DNA of 64,000 nt from positions 31,747,163 to 31,811,162 of the forward strand of contig NC_090393.1 in the NCBI RefSeq assembly GCF_036365525.1, given 5' to 3'. The position numbers and the translations under genes are program-made. The notes under the pieces are model-generated. The model saw only the letters and a program-made list of their open reading frames with translations. It made no database searches and had not been told where the DNA came from. Numbering within the stretch: the first letter of the stretch is position 1; every line of letters starts with the position of its first letter. Positions 1-11,639 of the stretch are shown in pieces. The stretch is from Heterodontus francisci (lineage: Eukaryota).

Positions 1-1535
1 TAAAACTTCGGTGTCCACTTGGGAAAATCAACCGCCCACTGTAAACGTCCTGGCGGTCACCACTGACCAGACACTTAACTGGAACCACTTCATAAAAACT
101 GTGGTTAGAAGAGTAGAAGCTGGATATTCTGCAGCAAGTGACTCACCTCCTGACTCGCCAAACCCTTTCCACCATCTACAAGACACAAGCTAGCAATGTG
201 ATTGAATACTCTCTATTAGCTTTTATTAGTCCAGCTCTAAGAACACTGAAGTATGACACCATCCAGTGCAAAGCCCCCTCCATGACCAGCGCATCATCTC
301 TGCAGTGTGCACCATCTACAAAATGCACTGCAACAATTTACCATGGCTGCTTCGACGGCACCTCCCAAACCTGCATTCTCTACAACCCAGAAGAACAAGG
401 GCAGAAAGCGCATGGGAACACCACCTCCAAGTTTCCTTCCATGTCACACACCATCCTGACTTGAAAATATATTCCCAATCCTTCAATCGCCATTGAATAA
501 AAATCCTGGAACTTGCTACCAAACAGCACTGTCGAAATACCTTCACCGTATAAGAACATAAGAAATAGGAGCAGGAATAGGCCATTTGGCCCCTGAAGCC
601 TACCCCACCATTCAATAAGATCATGGCTGATTGGCCCCAGACCACAACTCCTCTTTCGAGCCAGCAGCTCATAACCCTCAACTCCCCGATATTTCAAAAA
701 TCTATCTACCTTCTCTTTAAATACTTTCAGCGATCTTGCCTTCACAACTCTCTGGGGTAGAGAATTCCAGACATTCACTACCCTCAGAGAAGAAATTCCT
801 TCACATCTCAGTTTTAAATGAGAGTCCCCTTATTCTGTAACTATGTCCCCTAGCTCGAGATTCCCCCACTAGTGGAAACTTCTCAACATCTACCTTGTCA
901 AACCCCCTCAGAATCTTGTGCATTTCAATAAGATCAGCCCTTATTCTTCTAAACTCTAATGAATAAAAGCCTAACCTGTTTAGCCATTCTTGATAAGTCA
1001 ACCTCTTCATCCCAGGAATCAGCCTAGTGAATCTCTTTTGAACTGCCTCCAACGTCAGTATATCCTTTCTTAAATACGAGGACCAAAACTGTACACAGCA
1101 CTCCAGGTGCGGCCTCATCAACACCCTGTACAGTTGTAACAGGACTTCCCTATTTTTTTAGCTCCAACCCCCTAGCAATAAAGGCCAAAATTCCATTTGC
1201 CTTCTTAATTACTTGCTGCATCTGCATGCTAACTTCTTATGTTTCATGCACAAGAACACCCAGATCCCTCTGTGCTATACTTTTTTGGTGTTTCTCTTCA
1301 TTTAAATAAGTCTGCCTTTTGATTCTTCCTACCAAAGTGCATGACCTCACACTTTCCTTCATTAAACTCCATCTGCCAAGTTTTTTCCCATTCACTCAAC
1401 CTATCTATATCCCCTTGCAGATGCATGGACTACAACAATTCAAAAAGGTGGCTCTCCACCACCTTTTCAAGGGCTTTAGGGATAGGCAATAAATCTGACC
1501 TTGCCAGTAACACCTACATCATGTGAATGAAAAAA
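1..1535 (+). mobile_element. 3' part of a CR1/L2-group LINE (same family as 44100-46900), split by the CR1 at 550-1422
   Basis: TIYKTQ..IEYS and AVCTIYKMHC motifs; tail ...ATGTGAATGAAAAA. Confidence 0.75.
550..1422 (-). mobile_element. CR1 LINE 3' fragment
   Basis: RPHLECCVQFWSSYLRKDILTLEAVQKRFTRLIPG; (TTCTTATG) tail. Confidence 0.88.
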
Positions 1536-2039
1536 ACTTAAATATGCTTAGTGCTATTAATTTCTCATTAGGAGAATCATCAAGTAGATGATTTTTCTCA
1601 GTGGATTGTAAAAAGAGAGAGGAATCAAATTCCATCAGAAAGCTCCTCCAATTGCAATGAGCACACTGGCTTGTGTTGGTAACCATGGAGGGTACTCTGG
1701 GGAAATGAATAGCCAGACCAATGTTCCCTTCTCAAAGACGTAATTTCGAGGCTAGAAGTCGTCAGGTATAAAATTCAGAATCATAAAATGTCAGTTCAAA
1801 GGGGTTATGAAAAACATTTCCAAATTTTGTCCAATTCATACTTTTTTCTACCTTGGCAGTTTTAACGATTAAGATTTTCAAACATTTGTTCCAAAATATA
1901 ATTCATAAAACCTCAGCAGTCCCCTGGACAGATACTAAAATCAAACACCGCCCCATCACCCTCTCCCCATCGTTATGCTGACATCGAACACTGTAAAAAG
2001 TCGCTGAGGATTTGACAGCAAGAATGAACGGTGAGGCCA

Positions 2040-2866
2040 GGAAGATCTGACAAAATTCACACGGATTGCGGTTGGAAAGCTTTTATATGTTTAGTTTAGA
2101 GATACAGCACTGAAACAGGCCCTTCGGCCCACCGAGTCTGTGCCGACCATCAACCACCCATTTATACTAATCCTACACTAATTCCATATTCCTACCACAT
2201 CCCCACATGTGTACAAGTCCGTGCGCAGTTCTGACGGCTTCTGTAAGAAACCAAAAAAGAAACCCAGGCCTAACACAGACCTCCTCGCTTTGCTGCTGTC
2301 CCCGGTAATAACACAATAAATAACACGCCTCACTTTCACACATGTGCTATAATGCAAATTTCAACATTGAAACCACCAGCACCATCAATAAACGCCCACT
2401 CGCATTTTCTCCACCTACGTCTCGTATTCCAGTAATAAAAGGATGTTTGAAGATGCAATTGGATTTTTACAAATTGCTTAAAAATTGCATCAAGCCTTTC
2501 CTTCATACTCTGTTCCCAAATATTATTTGCGCACAGTTACCGGCGACAGTAATTAGTGACCCGAATGATGGGGGGGGGGGGCACAGCTACATCGTTATAG
2601 GAACGACCGGCCACCACAACAACACGACGACTTTTAAAATACCAACGAGACAAATACCTTCATGACAATTCCTCTGACTCCGCGCCCGAAACTACAACAA
2701 CATGTCCGGCCTGCTAGTGCCAAAAGGCGAGAAGCTCCAATCTGGAATCCAGCAAACGGACACTCGCTCTCGCGCTGCCGCGGCTGCGCAGGACCAAGCG
2801 CCAAGAACCGCTCTGATTGACATTTGCATCAACCAATCGGCAGCGAAATGCAAAGCCGCACAGGAA
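2040..2866 (-). other. Diverged inverted duplicate of the promoter/exon 1/intron start at 59271-59960 (ATGAAG at 2663-2658, donor GT 2657-2656)
   Basis: Co-linear reverse-complement match along the whole block, e.g. GCATCAAGCCTTTCCTTCATACTCTGTTCCCAAATATTAT; carries an extra SINE at 2091-2206. Confidence 0.9.
2091..2206 (-). mobile_element. 5'-truncated V-SINE (HE1-like) with ATGT target duplication
   Basis: 3' part of the SINE at 12435; ATGT at 2087-2090 and 2207-2210; empty site in the paralogous block near 59910. Confidence 0.85.
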
Positions 2867-2961
2867 ACAAAAGAATTAGAGGGAAGGAGGGACTGCTGTA
2901 ATCGCTGAGGGGAGGAGATAAATGCAACAGAAAGGGCTAGTCCTGAAAGTACTTTGAGAGT

Positions 2962-3607
2962 CTTTTTGGGCCTCCTTATCTCGAGAGACAATGGATACGC
3001 GCCTGGAGGTGGTCAGTGGTTTGTGAAGCAGCGCCTGGAGTGGCTATAAAGGCCAATTCTGGAGTGACAGGCTCTTCCACAGGTGCTGCAGAGAAATTTG
3101 TTTGTTGGGGCTGTTGCACAGTTGGCTCTCCCCTTGCGCCTCTGTCTTTTTTCCTGCCAACTACTAAGTCTCTTCGACTCGCCACAATTTAGCCCTGTCT
3201 TTATGGCTGCCCGCCAGCTCTGGCGAATGCTGGCAACTGACTCCCACGACTTGTGATCAATGTCACACGATTTCATGTCGCGTTTGCAGACGTCTTTATA
3301 ACGGAGACATGGACGGCCGGTAGGTCTGATACCAGTGGCGAGCTCGCTGTACAATGTGTCTTTGGGGATCCTGCCATCTTCCATGCGGCTCACATGGCCA
3401 AGCCATCTCAAGCGCCGCTGACTCAGTAGTGTGTATAAGCTGGGGATGTTGGCCGCTTCAAGGACTTCTGTGTTGGAGATATAGTCCTGCCACCTGATGC
3501 CAAGTATTCTCCGAAGGCAGCGAAGATGGAATGAATTGAGACGTCGCTCTTGGCTGGCATACGTTGTCCAGGCCTCGCTGCCGTAGAGCAAGGTACTGAG
3601 GACACAG
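2962..3607 (-). mobile_element. RTE-clade LINE, 5'-truncated
   Basis: LLYGSEAW...RRLRWLGHVSRM...CSTCGRACHSRIGLYSH; TSD ACTTTGAGAGT at 2951-2961 and 3611-3621. Confidence 0.92.
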
Positions 3608-5004
3608 AGGACTTTGAGAGTATGCAGTGAAAAGTGGCAAACATTGACTACCCATGTAAATGATATTAGAAGGGTGGGAGAGAATTCAGTGGTAACTTTC
3701 AAAAGGGAATGGGATAATACGGAGAAAATTTGCAGGGAAAGAGGGACTAATTGGATAACTCAAAGAGCTGGCACAACCAGGATGGGTCAAATGGCCTCCT
3801 TCTGTGCTGTAAGGGTCTATATTATTGCATTATCTATTTTGTCTACCCTCCAGGATTGTCCTGGACTCTCCAGGAATAAAAGATTTATCTGGATGCTCTT
3901 GTGAGCAACCAGCAAGAAAAAAACCTCATTAGGACATAAACAAAAATGAAAAAATACATTTATTAGTTCTAAAAATATTGGAGATGGGGAAAACAGACTG
4001 GGTGGTTGGAGGCAGGAGGTCATGCGATGAAAACCTTCAGGAATAAATTAAACCTCCACTTGTTTGATGTATACGTATAGCCAGAGTTGGTGCCCCTAAT
4101 TGTGGCAAATGCTTGTGAAATGTATTTTTCAAAGGAACCAAAAGTCTGATGTGTGCCAGAATAAAGACTGCAGAAGCTTGGGCTGGGCAGCCTGAAAAAG
4201 GTGATCTTATTCTAACGGAGAAAATATGTGGCAAATATGTTATAAGTTAGAATGCGGTCCTTCCACTTCTGTGCAGACTAAGGTGAAATGAATTTCAGCA
4301 ATCCCACCATAAAACTACTGATAATTTGGCAAGCAAAAAGTCACACCTCCATTACTGGCCTATAATGGGATTTCCCAGAATTGGGTTGTTTTAGAATGAT
4401 TCCAAGACCAGTCCAAGCTCACTGATAGCATTTCCCATTTCAGGATCAACATTGGAATTCCATCTAATTAATGTTACTAGAATAGCCCAACAAGAACACC
4501 CTGCATAATATTTTCTATCAAAGTGCTATTCTCTGAACAAATAAACTTTTCCAAATGTTCTTTCCCATTTCATCCTTCATCTATTCGTGTTCTTTCTGAC
4601 CTCAGCATGCTCAAATCTGACTAATTGATAAAATTCAAAAATTTTCCTTTTATCAATAACATACTTAATCTCAAAAAGGCAACATACATACATAAAGTTG
4701 ACTGAAAGTGAATTTTGTGACTAAAGGGTATCACTGATGCTGAATATACTTAAAAGGAAATTTGTTTCTTGCTACAGCCATCCAAGCAAAAACACTTGGC
4801 AAAGTCAAAAGTACAATTGCAAAAAATTGATTGTGTATTATAATCTGTGGTGGTTTTGTACGAATCCTCAGATAACACTCATCTCTGCATGTCATTTGAG
4901 CAATCGGCATACAAAGAAGAACTTTGGCGTTCCCTTTTAATGGTAATGAATTCAAGCATGAAGAAGTCCCAAGGAATGGCTCTGGATTGTAGTCCTACAT
5001 AGTA

Positions 5005-5947
5005 GAGAGTCATTACAACACCGAAGGAAGCCATTCAGCCTATCAAGATCATGCTGGCACTCTATAGAGCAATCCAAGCAGCCCCATTTCCCCAATCTAT
5101 CCTCATAGCTCTGTAAGTATATTTCCATCAAGTACCCATCCAATTGCTCTTGAAATAATTCATCATGTCTGCTTCTACCACCCGTGTACGCAGCAAATTC
5201 CAGGTCATTTCCATTCGCTGCATAAAAATGTTCTTCCTCCCCAGATCTCTAGTTAACCTTCAATCTGTGTCTCCTAGTCCTTGTAACATCAATTAATGGG
5301 AACAGTTTTTCTTTGTCTATCTTATCTAAACTGTCATAATCTTGTACATAATCGCAATCAAATCTTCCCTCAATCTCCTTTGCTCCAAAGAGAACAACCC
5401 CAGCTTCTTCAACCTAACCTTGTAGCTAAAATCTCCCATCCCTGGAACCATTCTAGTAAATCTCCTTGGTACCCTCTCGAGGACCCTCATATCCTTCCAG
5501 AGGTGTGGTGACCAGAACTTGAGGCAATATTCTAGTTGTGGCCTAACCAGAGCTTTATACAGGGTCAGCGTAACTTCCCTGCTTTTGTACTCATATCCCT
5601 TATTTATGAAGCCCAAGCTCCGATATGCTTTGCTAACTACTCTCAATATGTCCTGCTATCTTCAAATATCTATGCACATGAACCCCCAGGTCCTTCTATC
5701 CCTGTACACTCTTCAGAACTGTGCCATTTAGTTTATATTGCCTCTGCCTATACCTTCTGCCAAAATGCATCACCTCTGCATTAAATTCCATTTGCCACTT
5801 GTCTACCTATTCTGCAAGCCGATCTAATGTCCTGCTGCAATCAATTGGTGTCATCCTCACTATCTTCCCCACCTCCACGTTTGGTACCATCAGCAGCAAA
5901 TTTTGAAATTTTACTCTGTATTCCAATATCCAAGCCATAATATATAT
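5005..5947 (-). mobile_element. CR1 LINE 3' fragment
   Basis: SKFAADGTK and LYKALVRPQLEYCLKFWSP motifs. Confidence 0.85.
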
Positions 5948-6273
5948 TGTTACGACCAGGTGAGAAGGGGTCTAGGCCTTCATCTGATCTTACCATAACA
6001 GGGTTTAATTTTAAAGAACACTGTGTTTTTAACTCCCCCTTGGTGAATCCTTGTTCACTACTTTCCAATTGTAAGGCAAAGAAACCAGCCAAACAGGTTT
6101 TCTTACATTTAAAGAAAAAAGGTTGAACTTTATTAAACTTAAACTCGAATTTGGTTAACTCTTACGGATATGCGATGCACCCACGCTAGCATGCATACAC
6201 GATACACACATGCAGATAGAGACAGAAAAGAGCAGAAGAAAATAAAGTGGAAAAGTTTGAGGCAATATCTGAA

Positions 6274-8077
6274 GGGGCGGCACAGTGGTTAGCACCGCAG
6301 CCTCACAGCTCCAGCAACCCGGGTTCAATTCTGGGTACTGCCTGTGTGGAGTTTGCAAGTTCTCCCTGTGTCTGCGTGGGTTTCCTCCGGGTGCTCCTGT
6401 TTCCTCCCACATGCCAAAGACTTGCAGGTTGATAGGTTAATTGGCCATTATAAATTGCACCTAGTGTAGGTGGTAGGGAAATATAGGGACAGGTAGGGAT
6501 GTGGTAGGGATATGGGATTAGTGTTCTTTCTTTTCTTTTGGGCCTCCTTATCTCGAGAGACAATGGATACGCGCCTGGAGGTGGTCAGTGGTTTGTGAAG
6601 CAGCGCCTGGAGTGGCTATAAAGGCCAATTCTAGAGTGACAGGCTCTTCCACAGGTGCTGCAGAGAAATTTGTTTGTCGGGGCTGTTGCACAGTTGGCTC
6701 TCCCCTTGCGCCTCTGTCTTTTTTCCTGCCAACTACTAAGTCTCTTCGACTCGCCACATTTTAGCACAGTCTTTATGGCTGCCCGCCAGCTCTGGCGAAC
6801 GCTGGCAACTGACTCCCACGACTTGTGATCAATGTCACAGGATTTCATGTCGCGTTTGCAGATGTCTTTAAAGCGGAGACGTGGACGGCCGGTGGGTCCG
6901 ATACCAGTGACGAGCTCGCTGTACAATGTGTCTTTGGGGATCCTGCCATCTTCCATGCGGCTCACATGGCCAAGCCATCTCAAGCGCCGCTGACTCAGTA
7001 GTGTGTACAAGCTGGGGATGTTGGCCGCCTCGAGGACTTCTGTGTTGGAGATACGGTCCTGCCACCTGATGCCAAGTATTCTCCGGAGGCAGCGAAGATG
7101 GAATGAATTGAGACGTCGCTCTTGGCTGGCATACGTTTGTCCAGGCCTCGCTGCCATAGAGCAAGGTACTGAGGACACAGGCCTGATACACTCGGACTTT
7201 TGTGTTCCGTGTCAGTGCGCCATTTTCCCACATTCTCTTGGCCAGTCTGGACATAGCAGTGGAAGCCTTACCCATGCGCTTGTTGATTTCTGCATCTAGA
7301 GACAGGTTACTGGTGATAGTTGAGCCTAGGTAGGTGAACTCTTGAACCACTTCCAGAGCGTGGTCGCCAATATTGATGGATGGAGCATTTCTGACATCCT
7401 GCCCCATGATGTTCGTTTTCTTGAGGCTGATGGTTAGGCCAAATTCATTGCAGGCAGCCGCAAACCTGTCGATGAGACTCTGCAGACACTCTTCAGTGCG
7501 AGATGTTAATGCAGCATCGTCAGCAAAGAGGAGTTCCCTGATGAGGACTTTCCGTACTTTGGACTTCACTCTTAGACGGGCAAGGTTGAACAACCTGCCC
7601 CCTGATCTTGTGTGGAGGAAATTGCCTTCTTCAGAGGACTTGAACGCATGTGAAAGCAGCAGGGAGAAGAAAATCCCAAAAAGTGTGGGTGCGAGAACAC
7701 AGCCCTGTTTCACGCCACTCAGGATAGGAAAGGGCTCTGATGAGGAGCCACCATGTTGAATTGTGCCTTTCATATTGTCATGGAATGAGGTGATGATACC
7801 TAGTAGCTTTGGTGGACATCCGATCTTTTCTAGTAGTCTGAAGAGACCACGTCTGCTGACGAGGTCAAAGGCTTTGGTGAGATCAATGAAAGCAATGTAG
7901 AGGGGCATCTGTTGTTCACGGCATTTCTCCTGTATCTGACGAAGGGAGAACAGCATGTCAACGGTCGATCTCTCTGCACGAAAGGATTAGTATAAGTGGG
8001 TGGTTGATGGTCGGCACAGACTCGGTGGGCCGAAGGGCCTGTTTCAGTGCTGTTTCTCTAAACTAAACTAAACTAAA
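6274..8077 (+). mobile_element. V-SINE (HE1-like), split by RTE (6274-6524 and 7983-8077)
   Basis: tRNA-like head GGCACAGTGGTTAGC...GGTTCAATTC, V-domain TGTGTGGAGTTTGCA...GCGTGGGTTTCCTCCGGGTGCTCC, (CTAAA)n tail. Confidence 0.88.
6525..7984 (-). mobile_element. RTE-clade LINE, 5'-truncated and frameshifted
   Basis: RT motifs FIDLTKAFD, GVKQGCVLAP, LLFADD; (AAAG)n tail. Confidence 0.93.
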
Positions 8078-8415
8078 GATGCTTTTGGTTCCTGTTCTCC
8101 GAGCTCGCTGTAGAGTCCTTGATTGTAGGTCAGTCTTGCTTTTCATTGCATATTTTGTTTCTAGTTGCATAAGGTCCACAAAAGGATTCTGCACCAGATA
8201 TCTCTTCGGACAATTGGGAGTGAACTCTGATCTGTTGGAGTCTCCAATTCCTCCAGGAGTTATTGGGTGCGGGGACTGCAGGAGTGAACTGTGCGGGGCC
8301 CATGTCTTGGGCTCTGTGTATTCTTCTTCTGACTGCCTCCCTCTTGGGCCCTCCTCGTTCTCAGGAGGTCCATGGCTGGTATTTGGCCTTTAAAGCAAGG
8401 GATTGGATTGGGACC

Positions 8416-9210
8416 CGCCGTCCATGGTTAACTAAAACAGTTAAAGATAGTATCAAACTTAAAGAAAAAGGCTATAATTGCGCAAAGATGGGAGATTGGT
8501 CAGAAGATTGGACAGAATATAAAAAACAGCAAAGAATGACTAAAAAGATTGATAAGGAAGGTAAAATTAGAGTACGAGAGAAAGCTAGCTAGAAATATAA
8601 AGACGGATAGTAAGGGTTTCGATAGATATTTAAAAAAGGAAAGAGATAACAAAGTGAGCATTGGTCCTGTAAAAAATTGAGTCTGGGAATTATTAATGGA
8701 TAAGGAGATGGCAGATAAATCAAACAGGTATTTTGCATCGGTCTTCACTATAGAGGATACAAGTAACATCCCAGTATTAGCTGTAAGTCAGGAAGTGGAA
8801 GGGAGGGAGGAACTCCAGAAAATTACAATCACCAGGGAAGTGGTACTGAACAAATTGTTGGAGCTACAGCCTGACAAGTCCCTGGATCCTGATGGACTTC
8901 ATCCTAGGGTGTTAAAAGAAGTGGCAAGTGAGATAGTTGATGCGTTAGTTTTAATTTTCCAAAATTCCCTAGATTCAGGGAAATTAGATTGGAAAATAGC
9001 AAATGTAACTCCTTTATTCAAAAAGGGAGGAAGACAGAAAGCAGGAAACTGCAGGCCAGTTGGCTTAACATCAGTCTTAGGGAAAATGTTAGAAGCTATT
9101 ATTAAAGACAGTATAGCAGGGCATTCAGAAAAATTCAAGGCAATTAGGCAGAGGCAACATGGTTTTGTGAAAGAGAAATCATGTTTAACCTATTTATTGG
9201 AGTTCTTTGA
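8416..9210 (+). mobile_element. CR1 LINE internal fragment
   Basis: YFASVFT, PDGLHPRVLKE, WKIANVTPLFKKG, QHGFVKEKSCLT. Confidence 0.88.
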
Positions 9211-9278
9211 GGGAGGGAAGCGGCGCGGCCTGAACTAGCGGCTGGGGGGGGAAGGGGGGGCGGGGAGGGTAGGGGGGG

Positions 9279-9804
9279 CTAATGATCTGGAGATGAACTC
9301 AAATCCCACCACAGTAGCTGGAGAAGTTAAATCTAATTAATTGAATCTGCAATATAAAGCTAGTATCAGTAACCGTGACTATGAAACTACCAGACTGTTG
9401 TAAAAACCCATCTGGTTTGCTGCAGTCCTTTAGGGAAAGACATCTGCCATCTCCACACTTAATCTAACTTATATGTGACTGCCCTCTGTAGCCTAGCAAG
9501 CCACTCAGTTGTATACAACAGCTTACCACCACCTTCTCAAGGACAATTACGGTTGGGTAATAAGTGCCGGTTTTGCCAGAGAGACACAAATGCTCTGAAT
9601 GAATAAAAAATATGTTTGGAATACTTCTATTATAATTAAATGACTTCCCAGTTATACTGAAAAATCAATCCTAAACCACTGGTGAAGCTGTGCAGTGACT
9701 AGAAAAACAAAAACTGATGCCTCTAATTATAAAGCAGCTAATCTTCATTTGTGGACTACTGGAATCCCCTAATTATACATTCTAAAAGTATTCATGCTAA
9801 TTCT
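9279..9804 (+). repeat. 526-bp direct copy of 12972-13497
   Basis: Identical by eye except 9569 G vs 13262 T; flanked by a 16-bp direct repeat. Confidence 0.95.
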
Positions 9805-10360
9805 CGGGGAGGGTAGGGGGAGCAGGGAACGAGCGGCCAGGGGAGTGACAGGGAGCAGCGAGGTCTGGAGGGAGCGGCTGGGGGGCGGAAACAGCCGGTG
9901 GGGAGGAGGGAGAGAAAGCGAGTTGCTGAGGGTGGAGAGCGGCCGGGGGCGGGAGCTAGCAGCTGCATTCGGGTGAAATCAGTCCTGGTCAGTCATATAA
10001 ACAAATCACAATAAACGGATTGGCAGCACATTTTATACTCTGCCCAATTTTCATTTCCATCGATCGGGGTGCCAATTCATTATCTTCCAATGGAAATTCA
10101 ATCATAAAATTCCTTTTGTATTTAATAAGATTACTGGAATATTAAATAGATCTGAGGTATACAGTTAGTATCCTATAACTACATTGTAGCATATTACTGG
10201 CCTTCCATCCAACTTAATGTAAAGTTAGTTTGCTCCAACAATCTCGCCATAAGCATTTCCTGTGATAAATTGAACAGCGCCATCTTTAGTCCTGGCAACA
10301 GCCTAATCCTCAGACACAAGTTCCAGTTGAAGAGCCTACATATGCGCATGTGCAAGTACT

Positions 10361-10374
10361 GCGCCACCTAGTGG
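10361..10374 (-). promoter_or_regulatory. CTCF-like motif CCACTAGGTGGCGC
   Basis: Close match to the CTCF core consensus CCASYAGRKGGCRS. Confidence 0.45.
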
Positions 10375-10556
10375 TTGCATTGTCAGAAAAAGCAGCCATT
10401 CAGAAAATTCCCCAAGTTGGCCAGCAGGCTGGTCACATGACCAACTGGTGCAACCACTTGTGTGTTTGAGGATTCTCTTGTCCTAGCAGACCCTGGAATG
10501 TCTCCTCCTACACACAATACCTGGTGATCAAAGTCCATTTTAGGATTAGTGGATAA

Positions 10557-11483
10557 GGTTTGCAGCTGCCTGCAATGAATTTGGCCTAACCATCAGCCTC
10601 AAGAAAACGAACATCATCGGGGAGGACGTCAGAAATGCTCCATCCATCAATATTGGCGACCACGCTCCGGAAGTGGTTCAAGAGTTCACCTACCTAGGCT
10701 CAACTATCACCAGTAACCTGTCTCTAGATGCAGAAATCAACAAGTGCATGGGAAAAGCTTCCACTGCTATGTCCAGACTGGCCAAGAGAGTGTGGGAAAA
10801 TGGCGCACTGACATGGAACACAAAAGTCCGAGTGTATCAAGCCTGTGTCCTCAGTACCTTGCTCTATGGCAGTGAGGCCTGGACAACGTATGTCAGCCAA
10901 GAGCGACGTCTCAATTCATTCCATCTTCGCTGCCTCCGGAGAATACTTGGCATCAGGTGGCAGGACTGTATCTCCAACACAGAAGTCCTCGAGGCGGCCA
11001 ACATCCCCAGCTTGTACACACTACTGAGTCAGCGGCGCTTGAGATGGCTTGGCCATGTGAGCGCATGGAAGATGGCAGGATCCCCAAAGACACATTGTAC
11101 AGCGAACTCGCCACTGGTATCAGACCCACCAGCCGTCCATGTCTCCGCTTTAAAGACGTCTGCGACATGAAGTCCTGTGACATTGATCACAAGTTGTGGG
11201 AGTCAGTTGCCAGCATTCGCCAGAGCTGGCGGGCAGCCATAAAGGCAGGGCTAAAGTGTGGCGAGTCGAAGAGACTTAGCAGTTGGCAGGAAAAAAGACA
11301 GAAGCGCAAGGGGACAGCCAACTGTGTAACAGCCCCAACAAACAAATTTTTCTGCAGCACCTGTGGAAGAGCCTGTCCCTCTAAAATTGGCCTTTATAGC
11401 CACTCCAGGCGCTGCTCCACACACCACTGACCAGCTCCAGGCGCTTACCCATTGTCTCTCGAGATAAGGAGACCAAAGAAGAA
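10557..11483 (+). mobile_element. RTE-clade LINE, 5'-truncated
   Basis: FTYLGSTI...LLYGSEAW; TSD GGATAAGG at 10551-10558 and 11484-11491. Confidence 0.92.
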
Positions 11484-11639
11484 GGATAAGGGAAGTGACC
11501 TCTCTTGTCCCTATTGGTATGCAAATATCCTCCAGCCAAGTGTCTGGCAGCCCTTGTAACAGGCCTTCTCCTTCCCAGCAACAATTTGAAATCTAATGTC
11601 CATATGGCGAAATTACTATCCCTCATGCTCGAGAGGTAT

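Larger units (their letters stand above)
5948..8415. mobile_element. Probable LTR fragment hosting a nested SINE and RTE
   Basis: Starts TGTTACGACCAGG; non-coding sequence that appears to continue on both sides of the SINE (5948-6273, 8078-8415). Confidence 0.5.

Noticed and set aside
2342-2665. ORFs 2342-2665 and 59485-59685 share a peptide (IKGCLK..LDF.KLLKNCIKPFLHTLFPNIICAQL), suggesting a novel small protein
   Set aside because: Explained by the DNA duplication. Starts and ends differ, there are indels, and the ORFs are antisense to the apparent exon/donor.
2976-3185. Recurrent short ORFs MASRRDLVVGR..., MGKWRTDTEHK..., MWEETGAPG...
   Set aside because: Alternate-frame shadows of RTE and SINE copies.
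4000-5000. Non-repetitive stretch with short ORFs, a possible exon of another gene
   Set aside because: No recognisable protein similarity or convincing splice-bounded open frame.
9794-9976. Gly/Arg/Glu-rich ORF
   Set aside because: Low-complexity G-rich tract; its ATG comes from the inserted duplicate.
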